Part shown: piece by piece, positions 37,959 to 51,346 of the stretch
Layout: each line of letters starts with the position of its first letter
Numbering within the stretch: the first letter of the stretch is position 1
NCBI GenBank assembly: GCA_017499595.2
Contig: CM039005.1
Location: forward strand, 1,488,001-1,552,000
Length of the DNA stretch: 64,000 nt
Direction: 5' to 3'
From: Psilocybe cubensis
Lineage: Eukaryota
Translations under genes and position numbers: made by a program
Notes under the pieces: generated by a model
Told to the model about the DNA's origin: nothing
The model's input: only the letters and a program-made list of their open reading frames with translations
Databases searched by the model: none

Positions 37959-39342
37959 AAGAGGAGGATGAAGAAGACGGCAAAGTACCTGACAAAAATG
38001 CAGAAGAAAAAAGAATGGGAGGGAAAAAAACAACGCCGTTGAGTATTTGACTTCACGAGCAGTCTGCCTACATGTCAGGGACATGCAGAATGCCCAATCC
38101 CTGGCGACGTTACATTGTCAGTAAACGACAGTCTATTTATAGCCGGGTTAAGTGCAACGCAAGCTGTGCAACGTATCCCCAAGGTTTATAGTGCAGCAAA
38201 ACTTATTGAACTAGAACACTATCAATTTAAATTTCAAGCAAAACAAGAAACCAACGACTTCCTCTATCTGGGGAGGAATTGAGACGCGTCGTAGGCAAGA
38301 TTCGAGAACAGACTCACCTGAACCCGATCAACTCACGGGCGCTTCGTATCTCATTTTCGTCTTCTGTGATAAGCCATCTGTCAACTTTCAGAAACCTTTG
38401 CTTTTCAAAGCCTTCTCTACTCACATCGGGCAGCGATGCCCATACACGGAGGCAAACTTCAGCACGGTCTAATGAATCGTCTAATTTCAACCTCAACCGT
38501 AACCCATCTCGGTTGAAATCTGGGAAAACGTAATCAAGCTGATGTCGATAGCCTCCATATTCAAAAATAAAAGTGAATAAAAAAATTCAACACGAACCTA
38601 GAAGACCAAGAGACGAAGAAAACCATTCATTCATTCATATATGTATGCATGTATAATAAATAGTACAGACCAGAAAGAAAAGACATGAAAACGCAAACCA
38701 CAAACCAATCAAACGCAGAATATACTTACAACGGTCCAGTAACCTGGACACATCCGACACTAGAAGAAGCAGTACATACACACGAAAAAAGGGATGCTAA
38801 GCATAGTCTACATATTTTACATACATACACCCCTGCCCGAACCAAACAGGGACACGCGAAGCCGGGACTTCGAAAAGTTTAAAAGAAAATGATGAAAACA
38901 GAAATAGGCAAAGGGCGGGGAAGGAAGGCAGGAAGAAAGACAAGTGCGAGATCCAAATCCAGGGCCCACGACCAGTCCGCCGGGCGGTAGAAGCAGACTG
39001 AGCGAATGGGCGATATAGTGTCAGTGGATGATGGAAGAAAGGTTATCCATGAATCAGTTGGTGGATGTGCAGATGAATGGGTAAATGAAGTTAAGAGAAA
39101 GGCAGGTCCGGATAGGAACTGGTGTACAGAATAAAGAAAAAAAGAAGAAACGGGAAAAATGTGATGCAGAGATGGAGATGGCGAAACATACAGGAGAGAA
39201 ACAAACCGACAGCATTTTCCGAACACAGCAGCAACGACAACAACGACAGCAACGCAAACAAAGGCTCAAAAATCCCATCCCCAACTCAGGGCAAGATTTC
39301 TGTGCACCGCTCACCACGCCACCTTTCAAGGGATGAAATTTT

Positions 39343-41635
39343 TTACGCCCGAACCTGCGCAGCTCCCAACTGATTCTCCACATCCCCCATCGGTATCTGC
39401 TGTTGTTGCTGATGCGCATTCCCCCCGCGAGAGAAGCTTAACGCCCTCAAAAACCCTGTCGGCCGCAACGCCCCACTCAACAGACCACCACCTCTCCCTG
39501 CTCCAGTAGTTGTCTCTGCACCAACCTCGCCCGTCGGCGGCGTATAGTTCACGTCGAGAACTGTATCTCCCGTTGTTGCACCTGCATTGGGGCCAAGAGG
39601 TAAAGTGGGCGAGAGAAGACCACCTTCGTCTTCTGTCCCAGACCCTTCACCTGATTCTTTGCCCAAGGACGCAGAAAGCGGTGGCGCAGTGGTGGTTAGT
39701 CTGAGCATTGATGTATACGCTACATGTGTTTTTTTATGATTAAATCTATCAATGTATATTTTTAGCGACACCGAGAAAATGCACTCACGTTGTCGACAGA
39801 CGGGACAGAACCAGCCCTTGGCCTTCCTCTTTCTCCTTGGGTTTGGAGGAGGATTCGGCGTCGCCAGTGCAGCAGCAACAGCCGTCGCCCCAGTCCCAGT
39901 CTGGGTCCCCGTTCCTGTCCCGGTAGGCGCTTCATCACCACCAGTCACTGGCTCAACCGTTTGGGTGATGTTGCCCCCAGCACCAAACTCAACCATGTTC
40001 AATGCGCAATCTTTGCATGCTACGAGATGGCGGCACGGCAGCAACACAACTTCGCGCGGGGATGAAAGACAGAGAAGGCACTCGGACTGGGGATCATCGT
40101 CTTCTGGTGTTGCTGCTGTGATGGGGGGTTTCGTTTCGTCAGGCGGATAGGTATGTGTGGATGGTGGAGCAGGGAGCGGGGCAGTTTCGGAGGCGGAGGC
40201 GCTGTGAGCAGATGAGGATGTGAGGCCGTAGATTTCGTGCAGGTGGAATGTATGCGGTCCAATCTAGACAAAGTAAGCCAAGAAAGCTCAAAATATAACG
40301 TAGACCTACCGTAGCCTCGCGCTTCACAACCCTGACAACCCACGGTCGGGTGTCCTCAACGGGCTCGCCACCATCAGTTGGCTCAGCTGCACGTTGGCCA
40401 AACCTGACGATGTGCAGATATGTTGTCTGCTCGTTCAGCGCTGCAAGTTCAGTGCCTTGTTCGTCCAACGCCGCGAGCCTGATAGTAATCTTCACACCCT
40501 CCTCCGGCTCGTCTTTGCCACCCTCTTTGCTCTTCCCATCCTGCGCAGCCCCGGCAGGCTCTGCGTCAACAACAGCAAGCGCTGGTCCAGAAATGCTCCT
40601 GTTATGTTCCGAGCGCGGTTTACGGAAGTGGAAATGCGTGAAGCGACGATGCCGCGGGTTGGCGCGACTCGATCCGCCTTCAGCAGCTCCATTCGAACCC
40701 TCTCCAATCGCCGGCAACGCTTCCCCCGATGTCTGCGCACCTGCCTGAACATCCTCCGGCCCCTTCGTCGACGCACTCGAGTGGGTGTGTTCGAACCTCC
40801 CCAGCTCTAGAAGTGCTCCCTCCTCAAGCTTTAGTTGTCGTCCAAACCCACCCTCAACGACTGTCTCAAACACCAGCAGCTTCGCAAGTGCATGGCTCGT
40901 CGGCATCGATGGCGCATCGGGGTGAGTCTTGGGCAAGTGAACATGCACGTAGATGCCGCACTTAGGAGCATCACAGTCGTACTCGAACTCGAGTCCGTGG
41001 TGGTGCTGCTCAGGTGCCGGGGTGGTGTTGTCGTCAGTGACGGAGGTGAGGGGTGAGAGACGGAGGGTCGGCCGCTTGAGGTTCACGAGCGCTTGAAGCG
41101 TCGTCGTCGGCTGGGAAGGCTACATGATGACGGACGGTGATAACAGTGAGAATAGATACATCACACGGGCAAAAATCACAGATGGGATGGTGATGTCGAG
41201 ACGGGAACAAACAGGCTGCAGCACGACTCACCTCCTTGCTCTTCTCGATCCAGAGATTCACAATTTCCTGCGTGAGCTCATCCGTGACGACCTTTTTCTC
41301 GTTCGACAGCGTCCATGCGGGGCCATTGCTGACAGCGCCGATCCCAGGTCCAAATAACGGCTCGCCCGACCTTTTGTCCTTCCCCACGCCATCCAACTGA
41401 CCTTCCTGCGTCTGCTGGGCCATTGCGTCCCTGTTACCGTTTACGTTATTCGCTGCTGCGGCCTGAGCCTGTGCTGGAGAGTGTCGCTGGAGGCGGTTGC
41501 GATTCCAGGTCTCGTACTGCCGACTGTCTGTGGGATTCGAATGTCAAGGGACGTGGGTGGGTATTTGTATATATAAGCTGCGGAAAGAGGTATATAGAGT
41601 CAAAGAATGGACCTACACCAATGTGCTAAACTCAT
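39343..41635 (-). CDS. MGRN1/RNF157/LOG2-like RING E3 ubiquitin ligase
   Basis: TLQALVNLKRPTLRL, LEFEYDCDA, VRVVKREAT|IGPHTFHLHEIYGL, ECLLCLSSPREVVLLPCRHLVACKDC...CPVCRQ; predicted N-terminus MSLAHW|YSRQYETWNR. Confidence 0.85.
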
Positions 41636-41989
41636 CGGATTCTCTGTGGAAGGAAGGGGGTCAGGAAGAGATGGTTGCGGTGGGAGATGCGCTTCGGACG
41701 GGTGAGACTCCAACTTCATGCCGGTCTCGGCTTCTTTATATCCTGCTAAATCGGGCAACACATCATCACCTCCTCGGACTGCGCACTTATTTCTGGTCAG
41801 TCGGGTCTCTTCTGCTCAATCCACACACTCCATATTCCAAACAACTCGCGATTCATATCATCAAGACGTAATGCCAGCTTATCTTCCTCGACCCCACTTC
41901 CAACTTCCAAACACTGATCGCTGTGCTGTCGAGAAAAGAACCGCCTGTTCTGACAAATCCACAACTGACCACTGACACTGCGTGCCGCA

Positions 41990-44865
41990 TGCAGCTGTGA
42001 ATTTCGCATTTGCAAATAGACATGTCCCACGGAAGGATGGATGCAGCGGTTCTTGATTCTCCGATATCTCGCACAGCTTGCCTTTACGAATCACCAATCG
42101 CGAAATCACTCCACTGGCCGCAGTAACACAACATATTCTCATCTGTAAGCGGGCGTCAAATCCTGCCTCGCGTGGTATTTATGTCTTGTCATTGGGATAA
42201 ATACGAGCTGGGCTATCTATGAGGTTCTATGCGCGCCGGTTTCGTCAGGGTACGTCAATCTTCTATGACCCACCACCAAGTCCCACTTGTAGAAGATGGT
42301 GCACTTCCATTCGTGAAGCGACTTTTTCTTCGTGGTCATATATTGATATTGATTCCCGGGGAAACCACACGCGCTATCCAGGTTTTCGAACCTTTGTCGA
42401 TCAGTTTACCGCCTCATTTGCCTGCTCTTCAGCTGCAAAGACCATTACTATCTCTTTGGATGAATCCCTGACATCGCATCGTCCATCGATCACGATCGTG
42501 AAGCTTTGATCATCATCGATCGCCCGACATCTACTAGTACTAGCTGTAACTATCACTGTATCTGACATCGCACGTCACGATATCGCCATCTGGCAGGTCT
42601 GCATCCGGATACAAATCCACTTCATGGCAGTAATTACACTGTACAACAGAGCAACAAGGACTCTGATACTCATTGAACTTGGATGATCACCATCTGTCAG
42701 CAACGCACTTATTTCCTTCCCTTCCCTTCCCACCGCACTGGAACATGGATAACATCGATGCCACGACAACTACACTGGGTCTATATATGACTTGCAGTGT
42801 ACTGTGACTTCGATTTCCCCGCTCTACCACAGAGTCTAGTGCGGTGGAAAGTGCTCACCTTCGGAATGAGTCTTGGGAATGACGACGGGTAACGGAAGAC
42901 GATTTAGAACGCTTTCATGTCTACACTCGATTTGAAATTGTATCTCGCACCAGCGACATACAAACGTACAATCGATCTATTATCCATGTTTCTCTTAATC
43001 GTCTTCCCCAACCATAAATTCGTGTTCTAATGCAGTTTCCCTGTTTATGAGGACTGGACTTAAACACACTTGAAGACATGACAAATATTTCACAACCTAC
43101 TCTGCATCCATAATTGAAAGCTGACAACGCACAACACCTCCGATTTGAGGGATGAAGAAAGAGGAAAAATAATTGATTTTTTTTATCAACTCTACAATAA
43201 TGTTCATCGCATCTGTCCGTCTGAACGCGGTGAGGCCCTGTTGATTACAACGGTCTATTGTGGTCTATTGTTTTGAACTCCTTCCCCACCTCGAGACACA
43301 GTAACTCAGAGTGCCAAGAAACCGTTTTCAGGGCACCTATCCCTCATCGGATTCAGCCTAACCTACCATTTTCGATCGTAAAGCTGCCGATGGGCGGGCT
43401 CTTGTAGGCTCTTGTCGCAGTAATTCTTGGCCATCGGTACTGGCAGCTTCGTTCTTATGATTGTTAGACGGCAGGCCCGATGATGCAATTTACCAATGCC
43501 AACAGGCTGGTCAGGAGACGGGTAATTGGAGACCGATGATAGAGATGGACACTGGTAGTCGACAATCCAGAAGAATAGACGACACCAGGACGACACCGCC
43601 TTCGGGCAGTCTCCTACCGACTTGAATCATTTGCAAATGTCAGCACCCCATCGAATACGAATCGTATCCAACTGGTGGCTGCACAGGGTACCTAGCTTTC
43701 AAACTCTGGACAAAGTCTGCAGATATAAAGAATGACATCCTTGTACTTATATTCACATCAAATCACAACATCCCTTCAGACTTCGAGTCGAGTTTCACGG
43801 CGCCTAAAATTGAATTACATGTATCATCTGCATGTCCTCGTCCAATTCTTAGAGAATTTATTTCATCGCTAAGTACTTAAAGGCTACTTACTGGGCAGAG
43901 GCTTTAGGTATTCTGTGCATGCTCATATCCAAAGTGCAAGTTGGAAAGCAGCAATAATGGAATGTATCCGCATCTGACCCGAGCGTTTGAGAAAATCTCC
44001 AGAGACTCTAGAATCCAGACCTCGAACCCACCTCCTAATAGCATCCCGCCAGCCAAATATCTACTGGAACAATTCAGTCAACAATATTGTATAGGATTCA
44101 TATGGTCCTAATACACTAATTAACTTTACTGCTTGAACCCACTGAACCCAAAGCATCCAACTGTTCGTCTACCCTGCCGTTCGCCTGCTCGATATACAGC
44201 TTGAATACACAGAAACAACTTTGTACTTATACCTTGATCTCTATGACCGTCGATTTTTCACCCACAGCAGCCTGCTCAAAGGCCTCTGGATCGATCTCGC
44301 CTTGAGCAAGGACATCCAAAAATAGGCACGACTCCATGAATCTCAACTCCCAAGTTCAAATGCCAGATTACCTCTAAACGCATCTCTCAATCCAACGCGA
44401 GACACTCAAGACAGTAGCGCCAAGTTAAGTAATAGCCTACGCAAAATCCAGACTTGAAGCCTGAGGCCTGAGGATCAGGGCATGTGGCCACAGCGGCGGG
44501 ACCGATCTAGAAAGAAACTATTACCCTCAAGCTCCTTCGGTCGAATCGAGGTATCAGTTCCAAACCTCTGCCGAAATTCCATCCAGAATACGGACATCCG
44601 AAGTAGTGGTGTTGAGATTCGCCAATACACACAGACTTCAAATATGCTCGTCAGCTCCATGCTCCATCGTTCAGGTTCAAGAATGGAACGTGAGTCTGAA
44701 AACCTTGTTTTCGTATACAACCTCAGGAAGTGTCGGAATTCCGTAAACGTTAAACAAGCACGACTCTCCATTGCCCACCACACGATTTATATCGATGCCA
44801 GTGAAGCGAAAAGCAAAAGGGAGTCGAAGCCATGTATTTACGTGAAAACCAAAAATGAATTCTGA
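41990..44865 (+). pseudogene. Possible heavily decayed coding relics (F-box/LRR-like)
   Basis: Short coding-like fragments broken by stops (e.g. CRRWCTSIRE..SWSYIDID); no intact gene model could be built. Confidence 0.25.
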
Positions 44866-45891
44866 GAATCGAAAGCAAAACCCCTATCTCATCCTTATTC
44901 GCCTCTAATTGGCTCTTCGGGCACTAATCCACCTGATAGTTCAATGAAGGAGTCAAGACAACGGCCTCTGGACAGGTCCTTACGGTCATCCTGCGAGTCG
45001 CGACTAGCCTATCCCAAAAACGAATATCACTGACACATATCTAGAGCCCATGTCGCAGTAATTTACATTATTATAACGACATAAATAGACTACTTGGAAC
45101 TTCGAAATACGATAACATACACGTTAGCCTTTGAATAAGGAAACGCACCATTCTATCGCTGCCATCTACTGTCACTTCTTCTCTATCTATCTGTCTATCA
45201 TTGGAACATCGATCACAATGTCCATTGGCTAGATGTGTTAAATTAGCACTCAACGGTCGCCTGATGCTAAGAGGATGACATAAATGTCAATATGCAGCTA
45301 TCTTCCTCCGAGTGCAGAGTGAAAAGACAACTTATACGCATCAGAGATAAACCTAAAACAAAACATCTATATCGATCTCTCGATGACCATGAAATCCGCT
45401 AAAACCCCACAAGTATCCGTCGAATCCGAGTGCTTTCAGGGCGAAATGTGAATATGTGACTGGTCACTCGTACGTTATCGGTATTGACAGTGGGCGCGCA
45501 AGGAGCAACACGAGGATACCAATCCAAACAGGGTCATAGCCGTTCAAGAAATATTGTGGAGGTATGGAGCCAATGTGGGGTAATGACTTTATCTTCGAGT
45601 TCTAGCCATTAAGCCCCATTTTGATATAAGAACATATGTGTCGCGCACATGCTCAAAGGTTCGCAGGGTTCGTGATGACGTTGAACCCAACCACCATTGG
45701 TAACATACTTACGACAAATAACACAAGAGATAAATATAAATACCGCTATAAGATCTCAAGACCCGGAGCAGGAAAGGATCTTCATATGTTCGGTGTTCCA
45801 GCATGCAGCATGAAAGGAGCATGGGGCATGTTGCTTATTTTCATGTGTCATAAAAGAAAAAGAAGATATATGAACAGTGTGCGTAAGAGAT

Positions 45892-46548
45892 TTAAGCAAC
45901 CAATGACACAACACCGCCGGCGGCCTTGATCTTAGCCCTGCGTTAGGTGAATGAACGTCAAATTTGAGAATCTGTATAAATAGTAAAGACGCACTCAGCC
46001 TTCGCCGAAACGAAACGAGCCTTCACGATGAAAGGCAATTTTGGCAGGCTAATCATTCCACGCAATACCATCAGTACCGTGTATATTGAAAAGGGTATCG
46101 AAAACACGCACACTCCGTTGCCCAAAACTTTTCCGTATCCGGCAGCGAGAGTATCGATAACGGGAACAACGTCGGAGGTCTCAGTCAGTCCCTTCTTTTG
46201 CTCCTCGGGCACCAGACTCCACAGCTTGTCGACGTTGATGATGGGGCGCCAGTACTGGTTGCGGGTGAGGTGGAAGTGGCGCATACCAACTTTACCGAAG
46301 TAACCAGGATGGTACTTATCGAAGTTGGTACTAAAATAAGATACAGACCATGTCAGAAGTACTGTTCAACAGCAGATTTGGGAGGCGAACGTGGCAAGGT
46401 GACGAAATAATGCAGAAACTCACCGGTGGTGGTGCTGACCACCAGCAAGACCACGACCTCCCGGATGCTTGCGGTGCTTTCCTACACGACCGTGACCGGC
46501 CGATACGTGGCCGCGGTGCTTGCGTGTCTTCGAAAACCGGGAAGGCAT
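45892..46548 (-). CDS. RPL28: 60S ribosomal protein uL15 (yeast L28 / L27a), 4 exons
   Basis: [80 protein letters not shown]. Confidence 0.97.
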
Positions 46549-46964
46549 TGTAGTCTGTAAGAGAGATGCAAAGGCGCGAAAATTAGCGGCGGGTCCAAAA
46601 CAACTCGTTGATCCAACATCGCCATCCAAAACCGTCCCGACCCATCCACCTCAGAACTCCAGCTTTTTCGTCCAAACGACATGGATTCGACACCTGCGGA
46701 CAATCTGGATACGATGGCGATGCATTCGAGCAAAGTTTCGAGAGAGATTCACTGACCTTGAGGAAGGGTGACGGTTTGGTGTGCCTCCTCGAAGTCCTGG
46801 CAAGATCAGTCTGCTGTTGGTTGCCACAATGTAAACAAAGCCAAACACACCGTCACCAAAATTTGCACTCTTGTTTTCTGACCCGCCTTCTTTGTCTTCT
46901 ACGTTATCCCATCTAGCCGTCGTCGCTGACCCTGTTATTGTAAGTTCTATGTTTCTTTCGTTTA

Positions 46965-47032
46965 GAACTACATGATGGTACATATTTATTGTCGGTGAAA
47001 CGATTAATGATCGCAAATTCTTGCTGATCTTT
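46965..47032 (+). ncRNA. Candidate intronic box C/D snoRNA with an 18S rRNA guide
   Basis: Box C ATGATGG 46972, D' GTGA 46995, C' ATGATCG 47007, box D CTGA 47024; TATTTATTGTC (46983-46993) is antisense to fungal 18S GACAAUAAAUA; lies in a 148 nt GTAAGT...CAG intron (46940-47087). Confidence 0.65.
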
Positions 47033-47262
47033 CCTTTTCTTCATTCATATGCAACCCACCGACCGTGGCTGAACCGTCTCTTCACAGGTACATTTCTTGT
47101 CGTAGTCGTTGGTGTATCACGTCCCCCACATTGTTGTCGTTTCGGTGGATAGTCGCATTCCAGAACCCTACATACCTACGTGAATCCACGCGGTCTATTA
47201 TACCCCTTCTCCTGTATTTACGCCTTCACAACAGAAGATACATTTTCTGAGTTTAATCCAAT

Positions 47263-47868
47263 ATGAACGCCCCTGCTCGTCATGAAAGTTACGTCCTTGA
47301 GGACGGCGAGAAGCCGTACGTCGTTTGCATTACAGACTGAGGGGTCAATGGTTGAAACTACATTCCCTACACACCAGAGTTGAGCTCATAGAAGATACAA
47401 AGATCCCTAATGCCGCCACCATAAAGATCGTCAAGCAGGATCACACCCTTGGGAACATGTTACGAGCGTACGCCTTCTTCATTCATTCATTCATTCCCTT
47501 CTTCCTTCTCCCATACCCTGCTTTATCCAAGAAGCACTCCTGACTCACCGCTCTACAGCCAACTGCTCGCTATGCCCGAGATCCTCTTCGCAGGCTACAA
47601 AGTGCCACATCCTCTACACCCTTACTTCCTCATCAAAATCCAAACCGACGGCACAAAGACACCTCAAGCCGTGCTCGAACAAGCCTGTACAAAGTTGATT
47701 GGCACCATGTCTTCGCTCGAGACCAAATTCAAACGCGAGTTCTCTTATAAGGACATTGAAGGAACCTCCGGCGGAGTAACAGCTTCTACTGGAGAAGATC
47801 CGTACGGGACCGTTGGGGGAACTGGTGGTGGTGCATGGGGACGAGGACGAGACTATCTTGATTTCTAA
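47263..47868 (+). CDS. RPB11: RNA polymerase II subunit RPB11 (3 exons)
   Basis: MNAPARHESYVLEDGEK, DTKIPNAATIKIVKQDHTLGNMLR, FAGYKVPHPLHP. Confidence 0.96.
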
Positions 47869-48254
47869 CTTTCTAGAATTATGCAAAGCATCTATTCGTT
47901 ACCTCGTGTTCCCATTCCATATTTAGGCATTCTGTAATTTTAGCAACCCCTGTAGTAGCACATACCATTTTTTCGATCCTTGGGTAATAAACCAGCGATA
48001 ATAGATTGTGTGTTTGTCTATTTCATTGATCTCGGAATTCGGGCAATTGTGCTCACATCGGTCATACGTCATGTTCAAAAGGGATGGAGTGGTATTTTCC
48101 CTACCTGATTATTTCAGCTGAGGTGGTAATCCATTCCGTCAATTTCAACAGTCCATATGTAAACAACATGAGGCGGTAAAGACCGTAAAGTAGCCAAGGA
48201 AAGCGAAAAATAAATTGACGCACAAGAGAAGATACCGCAAAACAAACGAAATCA

Positions 48255-50187
48255 CTACCGTCTTCCACCCTTAGCCGCATGCTTCAGACGCCTTTTCTCC
48301 TTCTCCTCTAATACTGCTTTCTTTTTTATTTGCGTTTGACTGATGTTATTTTCATCAGCCTCTTCCCGTTCCGTAGCTTGTACGTATTCCTCTATCGTCT
48401 CTTCCATCTTCTGTTGGATGAGGGTTTCGGGGTTATAACCCAGCGGCGTGTCCTCCGGCTGCAGATCCCACTGAAAGTCAAAACCCCAGGCCAGAGTACG
48501 TGACGCTGGCGAATTCAGGTCTTTTGACAGGTTGGCTTCTAAACGGGGTGACGAAGCCGCAGACAAGAGCCCTCCTTCCTCGCGCCACCACCGCACAAAG
48601 TATACCGCAGCACGACTGAGATCCACCTCAGCGCCGCGCTTGATCATGCCCATACGCTTGGCAAGTAGCATCAAGAACTCTTCCACATCGTTCGTTGGGG
48701 CAGTTCCAGGCGGCAGTAACTGTAAATACGCCGGCGCTGAAATAGAAACAGGGATTAGTAAGTCCTGATTTAAATTGAATATGATAAAACCAGAGTTATG
48801 TGGCATGATGAACAACGACAAACAAAGCGTCGTTGTCATTGTCATCCACAGATTGTTGTGCATTCGGATATCGCACTTACATATGGGATTCAGCACGTTT
48901 AGTCTGTAGAGCAGATACGCAGCTAGCGCTTCCATGTCGTATAACCCTTCTTTGATGCCCGCTTTTAGGTTGAATGAAAGGTTTCTTATCAGTCTTACTG
49001 ATCACCACCCTTGTGGTGTATAGATGGATGTTACGTACCGATGAGAGCAAGTTTCACTCCTCTTTCGGCGCCCTCCGCCCCACGGCCAAGGAAGGGCAAC
49101 ATGACTCCGGGTGTATCATATGCGTACACCAGCGGGTCTAAGGATAACTTTAACCTCGTAGACAAAGTTTGCGTCATTCCAGGGTTCGCCGAAGTCTGAA
49201 ATGCTTTTGCCGTTCCTGTTAGTGGACAAATAGAATTTCATCCAACGGTCAGTAATTTAGCAAACACTGGCGGATGTTTACATACGGCCTTTAATTCCCA
49301 TACTTCGAAGTGCGTTCAGTAATGTCGACTTGCCGACGTTTGGCATACCAATTACAAGGACGTTCAGCTCCATCGCGTGGGGGTACTCCTTGGCGATGTC
49401 TACAAGTGCCATTCAATAAAGCGATAAAGGGCACGGTAAATAAACAGGTCGATTCACCGAGTGATAAACGGTGACATACTTACAAGGATCTCGTTGAGAG
49501 TACGAATATCCCGTGGCCGCTGCCATGATGCGAAGAAGAGCTGCTGGTGTGGATACTTCGCAGCCATAGCCTTTCGAAAAGGCTGTTACATTCAAACGAT
49601 TAGCCTCTTAATACAACGTTGTAAAGTGTAAAGTAAACCACACACACCTCCAGGCCCCACTCAGGAACAAGGTCGCGTTTATTCAACACGACAATGTGTT
49701 CGCATGCTTCAACAGCAAAGAAACGGCGACCCGGATTATTCGGATCCCATCCTCGTTCAAGCCTCCATTTTTTCAACGCACCTACACACATAAAGGGTAA
49801 GAGTTATGCCATGATAGCCGACAGGTGCAAATCAAAGTCAAGGACGCGAGGCATTGGGGCCAGACCGCCAGAGAGCACCGGTAATGAATTACGATCTAAC
49901 CCATTGTGTTTGATTGCCCAATTCAAGAGGTACAAGAAGGATACGAAACATCAAGGCTATCGAACGTCCCTCGTAGGCTATAGCCTCATCCGATTGACAC
50001 GCATAGAATCAACCTACATACCTTCCAAAGTCCTGTTTATACTCGTCAGCGGAAGCCGCGAGTCTCTGATTTCGAGAACGACGTTCGTCCTTTTGAGTAA
50101 AGCAGGCAGGCTCCGCGTGAACTTCATCATGTGCCCCGGGAACCATGATGGTGGTTGAGGAAGAATCGGAAATTGGGGCAAAATCAT
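48255..50187 (-). CDS. MTG1: Mitochondrial ribosome-associated GTPase 1 (RbgA/YlqF family)
   Basis: SWFPGHM, VLEIRDSRLPLTSIN, VLNKRDL, VIGMPNVGKSTLLNALR, NPGMT, YDTPGV. Confidence 0.93.
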
Positions 50188-51346
50188 TTCAAAGAACGTA
50201 TTCAGAGAACGGTGGAAATTGTAGCGGCGTCGAGAGGTTGATTTAACCAACACAGAAGGTCAAGAAGTAGAGCGAATCAAAGCTTCCCGTTATCTAAGCT
50301 AGTTTCGACCCAAACGGCGCGTCGAGTTGATCTCCTCGAGTCGTTGGAAAGTCCGGTCAAACGCGGGTTGGTCAGAAAAGTTGCCGTGACTTGGGACCAG
50401 AACTTCGGGCAGCGTGTATGGTGACAATGGTGTGAATTGGAAGGCTTAAGTGGGGTAGATGGGCTAGAAAGATTCTCCTCCAGCCTTTTGAGCACTTGGG
50501 CCTCCCGAAGAGCTACACCGACGATGGAGATGGGGGTAGAACTATGAGGTCAAAATTAAATTGGCAGCTTGGCGACTGTTGAGATGGTTGTTGTTGTCTA
50601 TTTGCTTTCAGAGGCACTGGCGGCCCGAAGCATTTCCTTTTTCAACACAATTACCTAAATTTTGCGCCGATCATGAGTGCCATTGAAGACGCCCAACAGG
50701 CGCGCCGGGATGAACCAGCATAACTGACAAGAATGGTTGGTTGAACGGCATATATTGTTATGAATTATGAGCCTATATCAAAGAGACACTGTTGTTCTAC
50801 CTACCATATTTTGAAAGAAAACCGCGGCTGGGTATACAAGACTAAGTCAAAATTTCGGAGCCTTTCGAGAACCAAAAATGAAGTCATGCCAAAACACAAA
50901 ACTAGAAAGTTGGAGCGGGACAAGAGTACAAGAGAGAGAAGAGAAAGATATTAACCGAACTTGCAAAGAAGCTAACAAATCAAGGACGAAAGAAGGATAG
51001 TACGATTGATGATGGGGCTACTAGACAATACACGGTAGTGCGACAGTTATGAAGTGAAAGAAAGATGTAAGACAAAAGGAAAGCAGAAGGGTAAGTCTTT
51101 GAAGATAACAGCCAACGCGCGAAGTAAATCTGCAGTCTACCAGAAATTGCGGTGTTCGTTGCCAGTATGGATATTTACGGAATAGTGTTCCGTCGGGGGC
51201 GAGCGACGAAGAGACGGCGGCGACCACCATAGTGGATTTGAATCCTTCCAAAACATAGGCAGATAATGTCCAAAGCATATAAAGAGCTAAATGACAGAAG
51301 ATGAGCAAAATTGAACCGTTAGATGAGTCAATACGGTGACTCACAT

